64,000 nt of DNA from Elusimicrobiota bacterium (GTDB taxonomy: Bacteria > Elusimicrobiota > Elusimicrobia > 2-01-FULL-59-12), in the NCBI GenBank assembly GCA_041660185.1, contig JBAZWU010000001.1, positions 338,313 to 402,312 on the forward strand, in the 5' to 3' direction. The notes under the pieces are model-generated. The model was not told the DNA's origin. It worked only from the letters and a program-made list of their open reading frames with translations, and did no database searches. This document shows, piece after piece, positions 40,154-50,617 of this stretch; position 1 is the first letter of the stretch, and every line of letters begins with the position of its first letter. Position numbers and translations under genes: made by a program.

Positions 40154-41241
40154 GCGATGTTCTCCAGGCAGCGTCGGTAGACGTCTACGGTTTGGCCGGC
40201 CATGCGTGACCAACTGAAGCCGGCCGCCCGGCGTTGCCCGCGTTCCGTCAAATCCCGGCGGAACGCCGCGTCGTCCATCAAGCGTTCCAGCGCCGCCGTG
40301 ATGGCGTCATCGTCTTCCGGATCCACCAGGCAGGCCGCGTCGCCGACGACCTCCGGGAGCGAAGCCCGGTTGGAACTGATCACCGGAGTGCCGCAAGCCA
40401 TCGCCTCCAGCGGCGGCAGGCCGAAGCCTTCATAGAGCGACGGATAAACAAATCCGAGCGCGGCGCTGTAAATCGCAGGCAAGTCATCAAAGGCCGCCTC
40501 CGGCAACCATCGAACCGCCGGAACGCGGGCGAGCTCTTTCTCGAATCCATCGATAAAATTCCGTCCAACCAGGACCAGCCGGGGCACCGGACGACGCTGG
40601 GCTAACCGGCTGTACAGGCGGACGAGCCGCGGAACATTCTTAAAAGCTTTCAGGTTACCGACGTAGAGGAAATACTCCGGCGGCAGATCGTAGTGATTCC
40701 GTACCCGTTGTTTCTCGGCTTCGTCAGCGGGCCGGAAACGGGGAGAGGCCGCCTCCGGGGTGACGATGATCCGTTCCGGAGAAATATCGAGACGTTCCAG
40801 AAGATCACACCGGGTGTGTTGGGAAGGGACAAGAATGGCCCGGGCGCGCGGCACCAGGCACCGAAAAAAGAAGGAGGCATAAGCGGACGCGAAGCGTGAC
40901 GGCAAAAACTCAGGAAATTTCAGATGAATCAGATCATGCACGGTGAGGATCGATTGGTGTGACAGAGTCACGGGAGCGTTGTAGTGAGGGATGTGAATCA
41001 GACGGGCCTTCGATTCACGGAAAGCGGCCGGGACGGTCCACTGTTCGCTGACCGAGTACATCCCGCTGGCCACAGCCCGGGTCGGCCAGGGCCAGCGGTG
41101 CGGATGATGGGGGCTGACCAACAGGGACAAGGCCAACCCCGCCGGCGGATTTTCCGCCAGCGCCTGGAGCAGGCCTCGGATATAGGTCCCGATGCCGGAG
41201 GCCTCGGTAAAGCGGGCATCGATGCAGAGAGACAATGTCAT
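40150..41241 (-). CDS. glycosyltransferase family 4
   Basis: YEGFGLPPLEAMACGTPVISS motif. Confidence 0.8.
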   Translation of the reverse strand: MTLSLCIDARFTEASGIGTYIRGLLQALAENPPAGLALSLLVSPHHPHRWPWPTRAVASGMYSVSEQWTVPAAFRESKARLIHIPHYNAPVTLSHQSILTVHDLIHLKFPEFLPSRFASAYASFFFRCLVPRARAILVPSQHTRCDLLERLDISPERIIVTPEAASPRFRPADEAEKQRVRNHYDLPPEYFLYVGNLKAFKNVPRLVRLYSRLAQRRPVPRLVLVGRNFIDGFEKELARVPAVRWLPEAAFDDLPAIYSAALGFVYPSLYEGFGLPPLEAMACGTPVISSNRASLPEVVGDAACLVDPEDDDAITAALERLMDDAAFRRDLTERGQRRAAGFSWSRMAGQTVDVYRRCLENIA

Positions 41242-42281
41242 GTTTTGGGATCCGCGAGGCGGAATCGCTGTCGTTCAAAAATGGTTTTTCTAAACCTCGA
41301 AAGGTAGGCTCGTCCAGCCTCTTTATCTTGAACGATGAGGTGCACGCGCCACCAGAGTTTGAACCATTTCAAAAGCAAATACGATTTAAGAATCGGAACA
41401 GCGCCCGTGAAGGCGTGCTTGCGGTAGTAATAGATCTGGCTCTGGCGGTAGACCAGGGAGGTCAGGCTCCAGGGTTCCTTCGTGGATTGGCCTAAATGAT
41501 GAATGATTTGCGCGTGCGGGATATAGTCGATGGACCAGCCTTTCTGCCGGCAACGCAGGCACAGGTCGGAGTCCTCGAAATAGAGTTCAAATTCTTCATC
41601 AAACCCGGCAATTTCATCGAAGGCTCGGCGGCGGACCATGAAGCAAGCCCCGCAGATAATCGGGACGCTGCGGGCGCGCCGCTGCAGCCAGCGCACAATG
41701 GCCTGACGGAGTTGTGAATGCCGGACCAGGTAGGGGGCCAGCGGTCGCTGGATAAACTCCCCCAACAAAATGGGATTCCAGGCCCAGGACATCTGGATCA
41801 ATCCGTGCTGGGACGAAAGCAGTTCCGGTCCCACAATCGCGGTGTGGGGATGTGTATCCAGCCAGTCAATCAGAGGGTTGAATGTGTCGGGCAGCGATTC
41901 GGTATCACTGTTCAAGAAAAGCAAATAGCGGCCTTTGGCCAGACGCGACCCGATATTGCAGGCTTTTCCAAAACCGAGGTTCGAGGCATTGCATACGGCC
42001 TGCACCTCCGGGAATTCCCGCCGGACACGTGCGTAGGTCTCATCGTTTGAGTTGTTGTCGACGAGAATAATTTCATAGGGAGTTGCTGGAGGGTGTTTCT
42101 GGACCGATCGAAGACAGGAAAGCGTCAGCTCACAGGTGTTGAACGACGGAACGATGATCGAACACGTTACAGGAGCCATGAAATTTAAATTAGCGGCGGC
42201 GCCGCGAGTGTGCGAGAGCTGATTGATAGAACGATTCGATGAGCGGCGCGTTCCGTTCCGCACTAAAAAGCTGCTGGGCAC
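41238..42281 (-). CDS. glycosyltransferase family 2
   Basis: CSIIVPSFNT..ILVDNNSND DxD-type GT-A motif. Start uncertain. Confidence 0.75.
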   Translation of the reverse strand: MPSSFLVRNGTRRSSNRSINQLSHTRGAAANLNFMAPVTCSIIVPSFNTCELTLSCLRSVQKHPPATPYEIILVDNNSNDETYARVRREFPEVQAVCNASNLGFGKACNIGSRLAKGRYLLFLNSDTESLPDTFNPLIDWLDTHPHTAIVGPELLSSQHGLIQMSWAWNPILLGEFIQRPLAPYLVRHSQLRQAIVRWLQRRARSVPIICGACFMVRRRAFDEIAGFDEEFELYFEDSDLCLRCRQKGWSIDYIPHAQIIHHLGQSTKEPWSLTSLVYRQSQIYYYRKHAFTGAVPILKSYLLLKWFKLWWRVHLIVQDKEAGRAYLSRFRKTIFERQRFRLADPKT

Positions 42282-43368
42282 GCGCGAGCGCTTTATGGCT
42301 CAAAAACGACAGTTTTTCCTTCCCGTCGATCACCGCCGCCAGTCCCTCGCCCAGCGCTTTGGGTTGTCCGGGTTCGACGAGCAACGCCGCATCGCCCGCC
42401 ACATCCGGGATCGAACCGGTCCGCGTCGTCACGACCGGTTTCCCGGAGGCCATGCTTTCGATCAAAACATAGCCAAACTGTTCCTGCCATTTGGGCGTCG
42501 GGCGGCTGGGCAGAACAAACACATCCGCCAGGTTGTGAAGCGCCGAAATGTCTTCGTAAGGGACAAAAGGATGAACGCGAATCAGCTCTGGATAACGGTC
42601 CTGGGCCTGTTCCAGAACCGGTTGAAGAGGACCCGCTCCGACAAAAAGAAAACGCAGACGCATCGCTTCCCGCCCGCGATTCAGGGAAGGAATGCACTCG
42701 AGCAGGTCCAAAATCCCCTTTTCCGGGACAAATCGTCCGATGAAAAGCACAACGTAATCATCCGGAAGGATCCCCAGCTGGATCGCCAGTTTCGGGTCTT
42801 TGGGGGCTGGGACAAATCGTTGAAGATCCACGGACATCGGGATCACAGCGATGCGGTCGGGTGAGACACCTTCCTCCCGCAGCATTCGGGCGGAAGTTTC
42901 CGTTACGGCTAAAAAGCCGTCGGCCTCACGCATGACGGCTCGTTTCCGTAAATGGCGCAAGGGATGAAGCTCTCCCGTGTGAAGCAAGTTCTCCCAGACC
43001 GTCAGAACCAACGCCGTCCGCTGTTTGCGTTTCAATCGGAGGCACTGATAGGTCATCGTCGAGTGCAGTTCCGCCGCGTGCAGGATGTCTGCATCGCCCA
43101 CCGCTTTTTTCAGATTCAAAAGTCCGTAACTGCGGCCCAACGTCCAACTCAAGGCTCGGTTGTAAAAAATCGCTGCCGATGGATTCCGTTTTCCCAGTGT
43201 TTCCCCCCAGACTCCGGTTTTCTCGATTGAAATATTGGGGAGGGTGATAGGCTGGGTATAAAACTGCCAATGGGCGCCGATGGCTGAGAAAGGGTGTTTG
43301 GCCGCTACGGGAACATACGATTGAAGTTCCCAGGGATTCAAGAAGGGGCCTCGCACGAAGGCGACTTT
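42190..43368 (-). CDS. glycosyltransferase family 4
   Basis: FVPEKGI..GYVLIESMASGKPVV motif. Start set at MKVAFVRG. Confidence 0.8.
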   Translation of the reverse strand, partial: KVAFVRGPFLNPWELQSYVPVAAKHPFSAIGAHWQFYTQPITLPNISIEKTGVWGETLGKRNPSAAIFYNRALSWTLGRSYGLLNLKKAVGDADILHAAELHSTMTYQCLRLKRKQRTALVLTVWENLLHTGELHPLRHLRKRAVMREADGFLAVTETSARMLREEGVSPDRIAVIPMSVDLQRFVPAPKDPKLAIQLGILPDDYVVLFIGRFVPEKGILDLLECIPSLNRGREAMRLRFLFVGAGPLQPVLEQAQDRYPELIRVHPFVPYEDISALHNLADVFVLPSRPTPKWQEQFGYVLIESMASGKPVVTTRTGSIPDVAGDAALLVEPGQPKALGEGLAAVIDGKEKLSFLSHKALARAQQLFSAERNAPLIESFYQSALAHSRRRR

Positions 43369-44705
43369 CATGAGATCTCCGTCTTTGGTTTTGAGGAGGA
43401 TCGTCCGATGGCCAGGTAACAAGCCAATAGCAGATCGAGGCTGTTCACGAAGAGGACATCGACGCTGTTGTGCGCGAGGAATGCCATGACGCTGATCGCG
43501 GCCCCCCAGGCAAGGATGTCGCGGCTAGCCATGAGCGATCCGAGAGATGTCCCCGCCAACAAGGCCATCCCCAGCGCCCACAATAAAAAGCCGATCCCGC
43601 CGTATTCAATCAGGACCTGGAGGTAAATGGAATGAAGATGCTGCCAAAAATCGATCCGTTTCATAAACGTCAATTCGAATTTAAAGAATTGTCGAGAGTC
43701 TTCGTCAAGAAACTGGGGCAAACACGCCAGGTATTTCCCCGGGCCTAGACCCACCCAGGGATGCGCCCGAATGACCTGATAAGCGGCCCGCCAATAGATG
43801 GGCCGTTGCGCGGAGCTAAGCAACCGCTCCGTCTCAATAGACGCGGCCGGCGTGGACACGGGGACCTTATTCGACAACGAGCCCAATCCGGGAAAATGAT
43901 GAATCGCAAGGATCGGGAGCCCCGCCGAGCCAACGATCCAGAGGAGAACGAGGAGAACAGGTACTCTCTGCGTCATCTTTGGTGTGATCCATTGTGTTCC
44001 GGCCGCGAGAATCGCCACGCCCGCCAACAGACCCGCCCAAGCCCCCCGGGAGTATGCTGCCAGAAAGGCGATCATCATCAGGACAGCCCCTATCCATAAG
44101 ATTCTCCGGAGGTTCCCTCGCTCGAGATAAGCGGTCGCAAAACTCACCGGCATGACCAGGGATAGAAAAGCTCCTTGAATGTTGTGCTGCCGGAAAGGTC
44201 CAACGGCCGCCCGGTAATCGCCGCCCGAATGGGCGAATTGCCAAATTCCGAAGACGGATAGGAGGCTCCCCATCCACAGAAGAACGCGGCTATAGCGGAT
44301 CGTAAAGGAAGGGGATTCACGGGCCGCCAGGGAGGCGAGGAAAATAAAAAACAGGAATTCCATCCATCGCAACGGCCCCCGTACATTCCCGCCCAAATGG
44401 ATCGCCATCATCGCGGTGAAGAGAAAGAAACCCGACCATACGAGAATTTCCGGCAGGCTGAATATCTTCAAGACCGCCGGTACCGCGCGACTCGGTCCGA
44501 TGTGGGCCATCCAGGCGAGTGCCGCCAAGGCGCAAAAATAGTCGATCGGGGACAGACGCGGAAGCGGTCCCAGGGAAAAGCTGAAGTCCACAGGGACTGC
44601 CAACGCCATTAAGAGGATCCACAGGCCCGGCGAGAATTTCAGGAAGCGGGACAAGTTAGAAGCGAAAGGCTCGAAGACGAGAGAATTTATATCGAATGAT
44701 TTCAT
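43368..44705 (-). CDS. O-antigen ligase/polymerase family membrane protein (Wzy_C domain)
   Basis: About 11 TM helices and a YSRGAWAG motif in a periplasmic loop. Start uncertain. Confidence 0.65.
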   Translation of the reverse strand: MKSFDINSLVFEPFASNLSRFLKFSPGLWILLMALAVPVDFSFSLGPLPRLSPIDYFCALAALAWMAHIGPSRAVPAVLKIFSLPEILVWSGFFLFTAMMAIHLGGNVRGPLRWMEFLFFIFLASLAARESPSFTIRYSRVLLWMGSLLSVFGIWQFAHSGGDYRAAVGPFRQHNIQGAFLSLVMPVSFATAYLERGNLRRILWIGAVLMMIAFLAAYSRGAWAGLLAGVAILAAGTQWITPKMTQRVPVLLVLLWIVGSAGLPILAIHHFPGLGSLSNKVPVSTPAASIETERLLSSAQRPIYWRAAYQVIRAHPWVGLGPGKYLACLPQFLDEDSRQFFKFELTFMKRIDFWQHLHSIYLQVLIEYGGIGFLLWALGMALLAGTSLGSLMASRDILAWGAAISVMAFLAHNSVDVLFVNSLDLLLACYLAIGRSSSKPKTEIS

Positions 44706-45522
44706 TCAACAAAAGTGACAGAAAAACGATATTCCCCAGGATGTAACGCCGCCACAGACGGCGGGGTTCACAGGAAAGCCGGTAGAGCCACTCTAAGCCG
44801 ATCCTCTGGAGTCGTTCCGGTGCCCGGGGGATGCGCCCGGAAAGAAAGTCGAAAGCGGCGCCGACACCCATGCAAACCGGGGCATGGAGCCGATTCAAGT
44901 TTTGCGCGATCCATTTTTCCTGCTTCGGTGCGGACATTCCGACAAAGAGGATATCCGGGCGCGCCTGGCGGATCATTTCCAGGATTCGACGATTTTCGTC
45001 CTCGTCAAATTGGTCGCACATGGAGGGATTATACAGTCCGACAATCCGCAGCCGCGGCCAGCGCGACAGCAGAACCTTCTGGAGCATATCCAGATTTTCA
45101 CGGGAGCTTCCCATGAGAAAGATGCTGTAACCCTTCTGGCTGGCGTGTTTGCACAGTCCCGTCATCAAATCCGGTCCGGCGATGCGCTCGGGAAGACTCA
45201 GACCGATCCAGTGGGCCCCCCACACGATCGACATGCCGTCTGCCAGCACCAGATCAGACTGTTCCAGAAGATTGCGGAGCGCCTCATCCTTCCGGCACAG
45301 CGCGACCGTATACGCGTTCGCCAGACAAACCTGAGTCGGCCGGCGCCGCTGAACAAATTCATCCAGAATCAGCAGAGTTTCATCCATCGTGAGACTGTCG
45401 AAACGGACCCCGAATATGGAAACGGAGGGAAATGTCACCGGAGGTAAAACGGTCTCTGACTTGAGGCCGATGGGTGAAATATCAAGTGATGGAACGGTAT
45501 TGGGTGCAATGGGCATATCCAA
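44656..45522 (-). CDS. WecB/TagA/CpsF-family glycosyltransferase (GT26)
   Basis: IFGVRFDSLTMDETL and GVGAAFDFLSG..RAPERLQRIGLEWLYRL motifs. Confidence 0.8.
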   Translation of the reverse strand: MDMPIAPNTVPSLDISPIGLKSETVLPPVTFPSVSIFGVRFDSLTMDETLLILDEFVQRRRPTQVCLANAYTVALCRKDEALRNLLEQSDLVLADGMSIVWGAHWIGLSLPERIAGPDLMTGLCKHASQKGYSIFLMGSSRENLDMLQKVLLSRWPRLRIVGLYNPSMCDQFDEDENRRILEMIRQARPDILFVGMSAPKQEKWIAQNLNRLHAPVCMGVGAAFDFLSGRIPRAPERLQRIGLEWLYRLSCEPRRLWRRYILGNIVFLSLLLNEIIRYKFSRLRAFRF

Positions 45523-45547
45523 ATCCTATTGATAAATGTGAATGTAA

Positions 45548-46729
45548 TTATAGCGGTCTGCCTCCGGACGTGCAAGTTAACCGGTGGTAAAGGGCCATTC
45601 TCTGCTTCAGGAAAGCGGTGCTGGAAAAATGAGTTCGCGCATATTCCTGGGTCGTGCGGCGCAGACCTTCCATCCGTTCGGGCGACATCATCCGGTTGAG
45701 TTGCGCCCAGAAGTCAGCCGGGTCTCCCGGGGCATACCGTTCCCCGTTGATCCCGGGAACAACGATCTCCCGTAATCCCCCCGCGTCACTGACCAGAGCC
45801 GGGATCCCCCAGGCGTTTGCCTCCACCACGGCCAGCGGAAAGTTCTCGTAACACAGGGACGGCATGACAACCGCGGCGGCATCGCGAAGAACTCTTTCCT
45901 TCTCCAGGCTTTTGAGGAAACCCATATAGGAAATGTGCCCGCCGGAGGCGGCCTGGACCTGCGCCAACAGCGGTCCGGTCCCGGCGATCTTCAGACCCAG
46001 CCGCCGCTGGGGGTTCGTTCGAAAAAGATCCACAAGCCAATCGATGCCCTTTTCACGGGAAAGTCTCCCCAGGTAAAGAACATAGGGCTGCGGAGGCGAA
46101 GGAGGATCGACCGGCATCACGGGGATGAAATGGCCCTGGATTTCGATGCGATCGGCCGTCCAGCCGCGGGCAATATATTTGTTTTTGAGAAACTCGGCGG
46201 GTGCGATGAAGGCATCTACGTCGTCATACCAATGACGCCTGGCCGACAGCCACGCGTGGCATGCCAGAGCAGCAGACGCCAGGCGGCTGTCCCGGTAGCA
46301 GCCGCGAACAATTCCGGGCCAATAGTTTCCCCCCGCGCAGCGCTCGCAGATTTCCTGGCGCGGCGTCAGAAATAAACCGTTCAAGCAGAGCGGACGGTAG
46401 TTGTGCATCGTCAGGCATGTCCTGGCTCCCAGGGCTTTCGCTCTCGAAAAAAGGCGCGGAGATAGAAGCGGCCAAAGATTATGTGCGTGGACGATGTCCG
46501 GCCGGAAGCGCCGCAGCAGGTCTTCCAGGCGCCCCTCGAAGCCGCCGCCGGCGGCGGATAGGGCGGCCGCGATTTTGCCGGAAAAGCCGGGATCACTGCG
46601 GACTTGAAAAAGCTGCAGCTCAAGTTCCGTTCCTCGCAGAGCGTTGACTTCATTGGCCACACAGGCATCCTCGCCGCCGCTGACCGAATAGGCGTTATGG
46701 ACGATGAGGATCTTGAGGGGTTGTGTCAT
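45548..46729 (-). CDS. glycosyltransferase family 4
   Basis: GRLSREKGIDWL..ENFPLAVVEANAWGIPAL motif. Confidence 0.8.
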   Translation of the reverse strand: MTQPLKILIVHNAYSVSGGEDACVANEVNALRGTELELQLFQVRSDPGFSGKIAAALSAAGGGFEGRLEDLLRRFRPDIVHAHNLWPLLSPRLFSRAKALGARTCLTMHNYRPLCLNGLFLTPRQEICERCAGGNYWPGIVRGCYRDSRLASAALACHAWLSARRHWYDDVDAFIAPAEFLKNKYIARGWTADRIEIQGHFIPVMPVDPPSPPQPYVLYLGRLSREKGIDWLVDLFRTNPQRRLGLKIAGTGPLLAQVQAASGGHISYMGFLKSLEKERVLRDAAAVVMPSLCYENFPLAVVEANAWGIPALVSDAGGLREIVVPGINGERYAPGDPADFWAQLNRMMSPERMEGLRRTTQEYARTHFSSTAFLKQRMALYHRLTCTSGGRPL

Positions 46730-48414
46730 TTCGGATCGGTCTCCGGGGGTGTTTCTCGCAGCACGGGATTAAATGCCAATCCGATCAGTATCCACAGGAA
46801 TATCCCCTTAAAGGCATTTTCGAGCGTATTGTCCGTGATCATGTGTACCAAAACGTATACGATGCCTGCCCCAACCAGTAACAACCTTGAAAAGATCCAG
46901 GGGTCCTGCCGGCTGGAAAAAAGGCGTTGCGTAATGCCCCGAAGGACCCATCCCTGCAGAAGAATAAAGGCCAGCAGGCCGATGATTCCCAGACGGTAAA
47001 GGATGGCGATCCAGGAGTTGTGCGGATCGTATCGTCGGGGTGAATTAAGCCACCAAACAACCTGCGGAGGCAGGTACAGTTTTCCAAATGGGATCCCCAG
47101 GAGGATCCTGGCCGTGCGGTGAAGCTGATGCTTGAAAGAGACATCCGGTGTTTCGTTAGATGGAACCAGATGGAGTACGATTTTTTTGTCACTCAGGCCA
47201 TCGCCGGCTGGTTCGATCAACACCTCGGGCCCTTTAGAACGTTTGAGATGGGCTGGCAGCTTGTAATGGGTCAGGTCTTTCCGGTGGAGATGATTTGAAA
47301 AAAGGCCGATGGAGAATACCTCTTCGATGGCGTCTTGCCACATGAGAAACCGGGTGATGACGTTGGGCGAATTCCCGATGTCCGTGAAGGTGGATAGCTC
47401 ATCAAACACATCCACAACACGGTGCTCTGCCTTCTGGACGATGAGAACCTGTCTCGGAACAGTCGCCGGTGGAGTAAAGGCTGGTGGAACAGAGGCCGGG
47501 GGAGTAGAGGCTGGTGGAACAAAGGCTGGGGGAGTAGAGGCCGGGAGGGTGGATGCCGGTGGAGTAGAGGCCAGTGGGGTGGCAGCCGATGGGATCGAGG
47601 GCCTTTGACCGAGCTTTGGGAGGCTCCAGAGAAGAAGCATGGACCCGCCGGCGATGACGGTGATGGTCCGCAGGCTGTGCAGGGCAATAGGAGTAAATGA
47701 ATTGAGTCGCATGAGCATCAGCGCCAGGAAACAAAATCCACAGGCGAAGCCGGTCCAGGCCGAGCGAACCAACTCCGACAAAATGGCCGAGAAAATGATG
47801 ATGCTCCAGAGAGTGTCTTTTAAGTTAGTCACTGTCATCTGGCGGATGGCCAGCAGAGAAAGTAACGCCAGCGAAAGGCCCAGCGAACTGCCTGCTCCTT
47901 GCATGAGGCTTGAGGTCAGCTGAAGGTGCGGCACGGCCACCGGCAGGCAGATCCGGAGGGCGTTCAGGAGAGCGGCGATGGCTCCTATTTTCAATATCCC
48001 ATCGAGCCGGCGGCGAGTCAAGGGAGTTCGGCTGACCAAAAGGATAGCCACGCTGTAATAGACGAGGGCGGAATCACGCAGTACATTGAGGATTGGAAAA
48101 TGCAGGACGCCCCAATAGAAAGAGACACAGCCAACACCGAGAAAAAGCCCCCACGTCCAGCGCACCGGAGTCGGAAGCGCGGTGCGATAGCTTCCGGGAT
48201 TTGTGAGTTGCCGCCCAAAAATCCTGAGCGTCCACAGCAGTAAGGCAAATTCCGTGATATAAACGGGGACTGTCCCGATCGAAATGTGGAGGTAAGCGAA
48301 CTCCCGGTTGGCGAGCAGATACCCGATCAACAGGAAGAGAATCCCGTAAGCCTCCTCCCAGAGAAAGGCCGCTAGACAAACAGCAAACGCCGTTGCAGTG
48401 ACATATACCGGCAT
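46726..48414 (-). CDS. O-antigen ligase/polymerase-like membrane protein with internal Pro/Thr/Ala-rich linker and periplasmic domain
   Basis: Multi-TM N-terminal half with an RSAWTG motif, an (ASTPP)n linker, a soluble domain and a C-terminal TM pair. Confidence 0.55.
   Translation of the reverse strand: MPVYVTATAFAVCLAAFLWEEAYGILFLLIGYLLANREFAYLHISIGTVPVYITEFALLLWTLRIFGRQLTNPGSYRTALPTPVRWTWGLFLGVGCVSFYWGVLHFPILNVLRDSALVYYSVAILLVSRTPLTRRRLDGILKIGAIAALLNALRICLPVAVPHLQLTSSLMQGAGSSLGLSLALLSLLAIRQMTVTNLKDTLWSIIIFSAILSELVRSAWTGFACGFCFLALMLMRLNSFTPIALHSLRTITVIAGGSMLLLWSLPKLGQRPSIPSAATPLASTPPASTLPASTPPAFVPPASTPPASVPPAFTPPATVPRQVLIVQKAEHRVVDVFDELSTFTDIGNSPNVITRFLMWQDAIEEVFSIGLFSNHLHRKDLTHYKLPAHLKRSKGPEVLIEPAGDGLSDKKIVLHLVPSNETPDVSFKHQLHRTARILLGIPFGKLYLPPQVVWWLNSPRRYDPHNSWIAILYRLGIIGLLAFILLQGWVLRGITQRLFSSRQDPWIFSRLLLVGAGIVYVLVHMITDNTLENAFKGIFLWILIGLAFNPVLRETPPETDPK
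47467..47600. repeat. in-frame 15-bp tandem repeat (~9 units) encoding (A/P)STPP pentapeptides
   Basis: ggtggaacagaggcc / gggggagtagaggct units are visible in the sequence. It lies within the CDS 46726..48414. Confidence 0.65.
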
Positions 48415-48453
48415 CAGGCTATAACCGCTGGCAGGTTACGATTCCGCGTGGAA

Positions 48454-49257
48454 TCAATGACGGCGTCCTCCATAAGTGGCCAACAGCTTCAGATAGCAAA
48501 AGATCGTGCGGGTAACCCGGATTTTACTGTCTGCACCCCGGTTCTCGTAATGCAGAGTAAACGGGACCTCCGCCGTGCGCGCGCCTTCCCGCGACACCTT
48601 CAGCAAGAGTTCCGTTCCCCCCGGGAATCCCGTCTCATTAATCAGGGGATCGTGATAGCGGCTGTAGGTCCGCTGAAGAATACCCACCCGGTAGACACGG
48701 AAACCGTTTGTATACGAAAGGGTGCCCGGCACATGAAAACCCAATCGGAAAATGAGATTGGCGACTTTGCTGAAGAGACGCCGCTTGGGCGGAATGCCCG
48801 AAGCCTTGCCGCCCGGCATCGAATAGGAGCACGTGACCACATCATACCCTTCCATCAGTTTCTGAACCATGGACGGGAAATAAGCCGGCGAATGCGTGTT
48901 GTCCGCGTCAAGAGAAATGACCAGGTCCTGGGGTTGCGCATGGAGGACAATCCACGTGTAGCCGGTATTGAGAGCGGCGCCGTAGCCTTGGTTGGTCGCG
49001 TGGCGCAAATGGCGCAGCGGGACGCGCGGAGACAGTTCCTGGACCACGGCGGGTGTTCCATCCCTGGACCCGTCATCCACGAGCACCACTTCGTACGGCA
49101 TGCCCATCGACCGCGCGACCTCATCAATATCAGGGATGAGTCGCCGCAGGGCGGTCTCTTCATTGTAGGCGGGTAGTAAGATATAAAGCTTTGAATTCGG
49201 ACTATCGGGCGTTGTCATTTTTCCTCGCTTCGTAAATCTTCCAGTGCGGTAGCTCAA
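48454..49257 (-). CDS. GT2 polyprenyl-phosphate sugar synthase (Dpm1/ArnC-like)
   Basis: LYILLPAYNEE..VVLVDDGSRDGT and a C-terminal amphipathic anchor, typical of dolichyl/undecaprenyl-phosphate mannose or glucose synthases. Confidence 0.8.
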   Translation of the reverse strand: MSYRTGRFTKRGKMTTPDSPNSKLYILLPAYNEETALRRLIPDIDEVARSMGMPYEVVLVDDGSRDGTPAVVQELSPRVPLRHLRHATNQGYGAALNTGYTWIVLHAQPQDLVISLDADNTHSPAYFPSMVQKLMEGYDVVTCSYSMPGGKASGIPPKRRLFSKVANLIFRLGFHVPGTLSYTNGFRVYRVGILQRTYSRYHDPLINETGFPGGTELLLKVSREGARTAEVPFTLHYENRGADSKIRVTRTIFCYLKLLATYGGRRH

Positions 49258-50617
49258 AGACGATCTGGGTGAACTGGGCGGCGTGGGCGGTGTCGATCGG
49301 ACATTCGTCGCGGGTAATGAGCCAGCGTTTGGCGTGCGTAGAGGAAACGGGTTCCCCCTTGTTCAGGACCGTCACTTGTTGCGTGTTGCCCGTAAAAATC
49401 TCCAGGGCGGTCGCCGCTTCGGTACACGGTGACATGATATACGCGTCAATATCCTTGTCAGGCCATTGAGAAGAAAGCCAGCGGACGGTTGTCCCGATCT
49501 CGGCCTGTCGGGACAGGCGCGGGATAGCCACATGAAAGACAACGCCGGCGGCCATGAGGATCGACATCGGCAAAACGACGTTCCGAAAGAACGGGTCCAG
49601 ACGCGGCCATAGGCGGATCATGATCTCGGTATTGAGGACGATGCAGCCGCAGGCCATCACCATGGCTGGCGCCCATAAATAGGTGGCGATCCCCCAGGGA
49701 ATCAGGAGAGCCAGGTAACAGGCCAGTGAGCAGGGCCAGAGGAATCGGGCCAGCCGCGCGTTCAAATCCTTCTGTTTCGTCCAATCGAGAAATATCAAAA
49801 GGATGGTCACGAGAATCAAGCCTGCCATCAGATAGACCATGGTCGGCTGATGTCCGAGGCTTTGCACCAGTCCCCGGATATCAGTCGAATATCGAGAGGT
49901 ATAGGAATCGGAACGCTTCAGGAACACCAGCCCCATGACGGTCGACAACGTGGCCCAGGCGAGGATCCATACGGCGCGCTGTTTTTTCGGAGCGTTGGCA
50001 TCGGAAACCAGGGAAACAAAAGCCCAGGGCGCAACGGCCAGCGTGGTCGGCTTGGCCAATACGCCTAGAAGGAAACTCGTGAACCCGCTGCACTGCCATA
50101 ACCACCACCGGACCGAACGGCGATCCTCGTGTTGAGCCGATGTCAATGCGTAGAGCGCCCATCCGCCGAACCCGATAACGAATTTTTCCTGCAGAGAAAG
50201 GAACACGATCAAGTTGTACAGGGGCGTGCTAGCCAGAAGCAAGAAGCCGAAGAAATAGGATCCGATCGAGCGGGTTTGCGGCGGGAGTTGCCGGCGCAGG
50301 ATCAGCGTCCAGGGCCAAAGGAACAATCCCACCAGAATAAGGGTGAACAGGTAGAACAGTTTGGGCGAATTCGAAAAGGTCCCGTAGCAGAGGTAAAGAT
50401 AGGCGATGTAAACAGGACGAAAGATCACATTGACGGAATAACGGTGAAGAAGGCCGACGATCGAGATGTCTTTCCAGGAGGTCTTCAGCAGCTGCAGAGT
50501 CTGGGCGTCGTCCATCAGTCCCCAGGAAAGCGGGAGAAAGATCATCGCCGTCAGAAGGCTGCCGAGGAGAAGGAGAAAGGCCCAGGGAAAAAGTCTCGTG
50601 ATAAACGGTTTGATCAT
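49202..50617 (-). CDS. GT-C fold glycosyltransferase (ArnT/PMT-like, polyprenyl-P-sugar dependent)
   Basis: About 12 TM helices with a DD motif in the first loop (SWGLMDDAQT). Start set at MIKPF, directly abutting the upstream stop. Confidence 0.55.
   Translation of the reverse strand: MIKPFITRLFPWAFLLLLGSLLTAMIFLPLSWGLMDDAQTLQLLKTSWKDISIVGLLHRYSVNVIFRPVYIAYLYLCYGTFSNSPKLFYLFTLILVGLFLWPWTLILRRQLPPQTRSIGSYFFGFLLLASTPLYNLIVFLSLQEKFVIGFGGWALYALTSAQHEDRRSVRWWLWQCSGFTSFLLGVLAKPTTLAVAPWAFVSLVSDANAPKKQRAVWILAWATLSTVMGLVFLKRSDSYTSRYSTDIRGLVQSLGHQPTMVYLMAGLILVTILLIFLDWTKQKDLNARLARFLWPCSLACYLALLIPWGIATYLWAPAMVMACGCIVLNTEIMIRLWPRLDPFFRNVVLPMSILMAAGVVFHVAIPRLSRQAEIGTTVRWLSSQWPDKDIDAYIMSPCTEAATALEIFTGNTQQVTVLNKGEPVSSTHAKRWLITRDECPIDTAHAAQFTQIVFELPHWKIYEARKNDNAR

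Noticed and set aside
47467-47600. Possible CRISPR array
   Set aside because: The repeats are 15-bp, contiguous, in-frame and coding (ASTPP linker). There is no spacer structure. No CRISPR array is present anywhere in the window.
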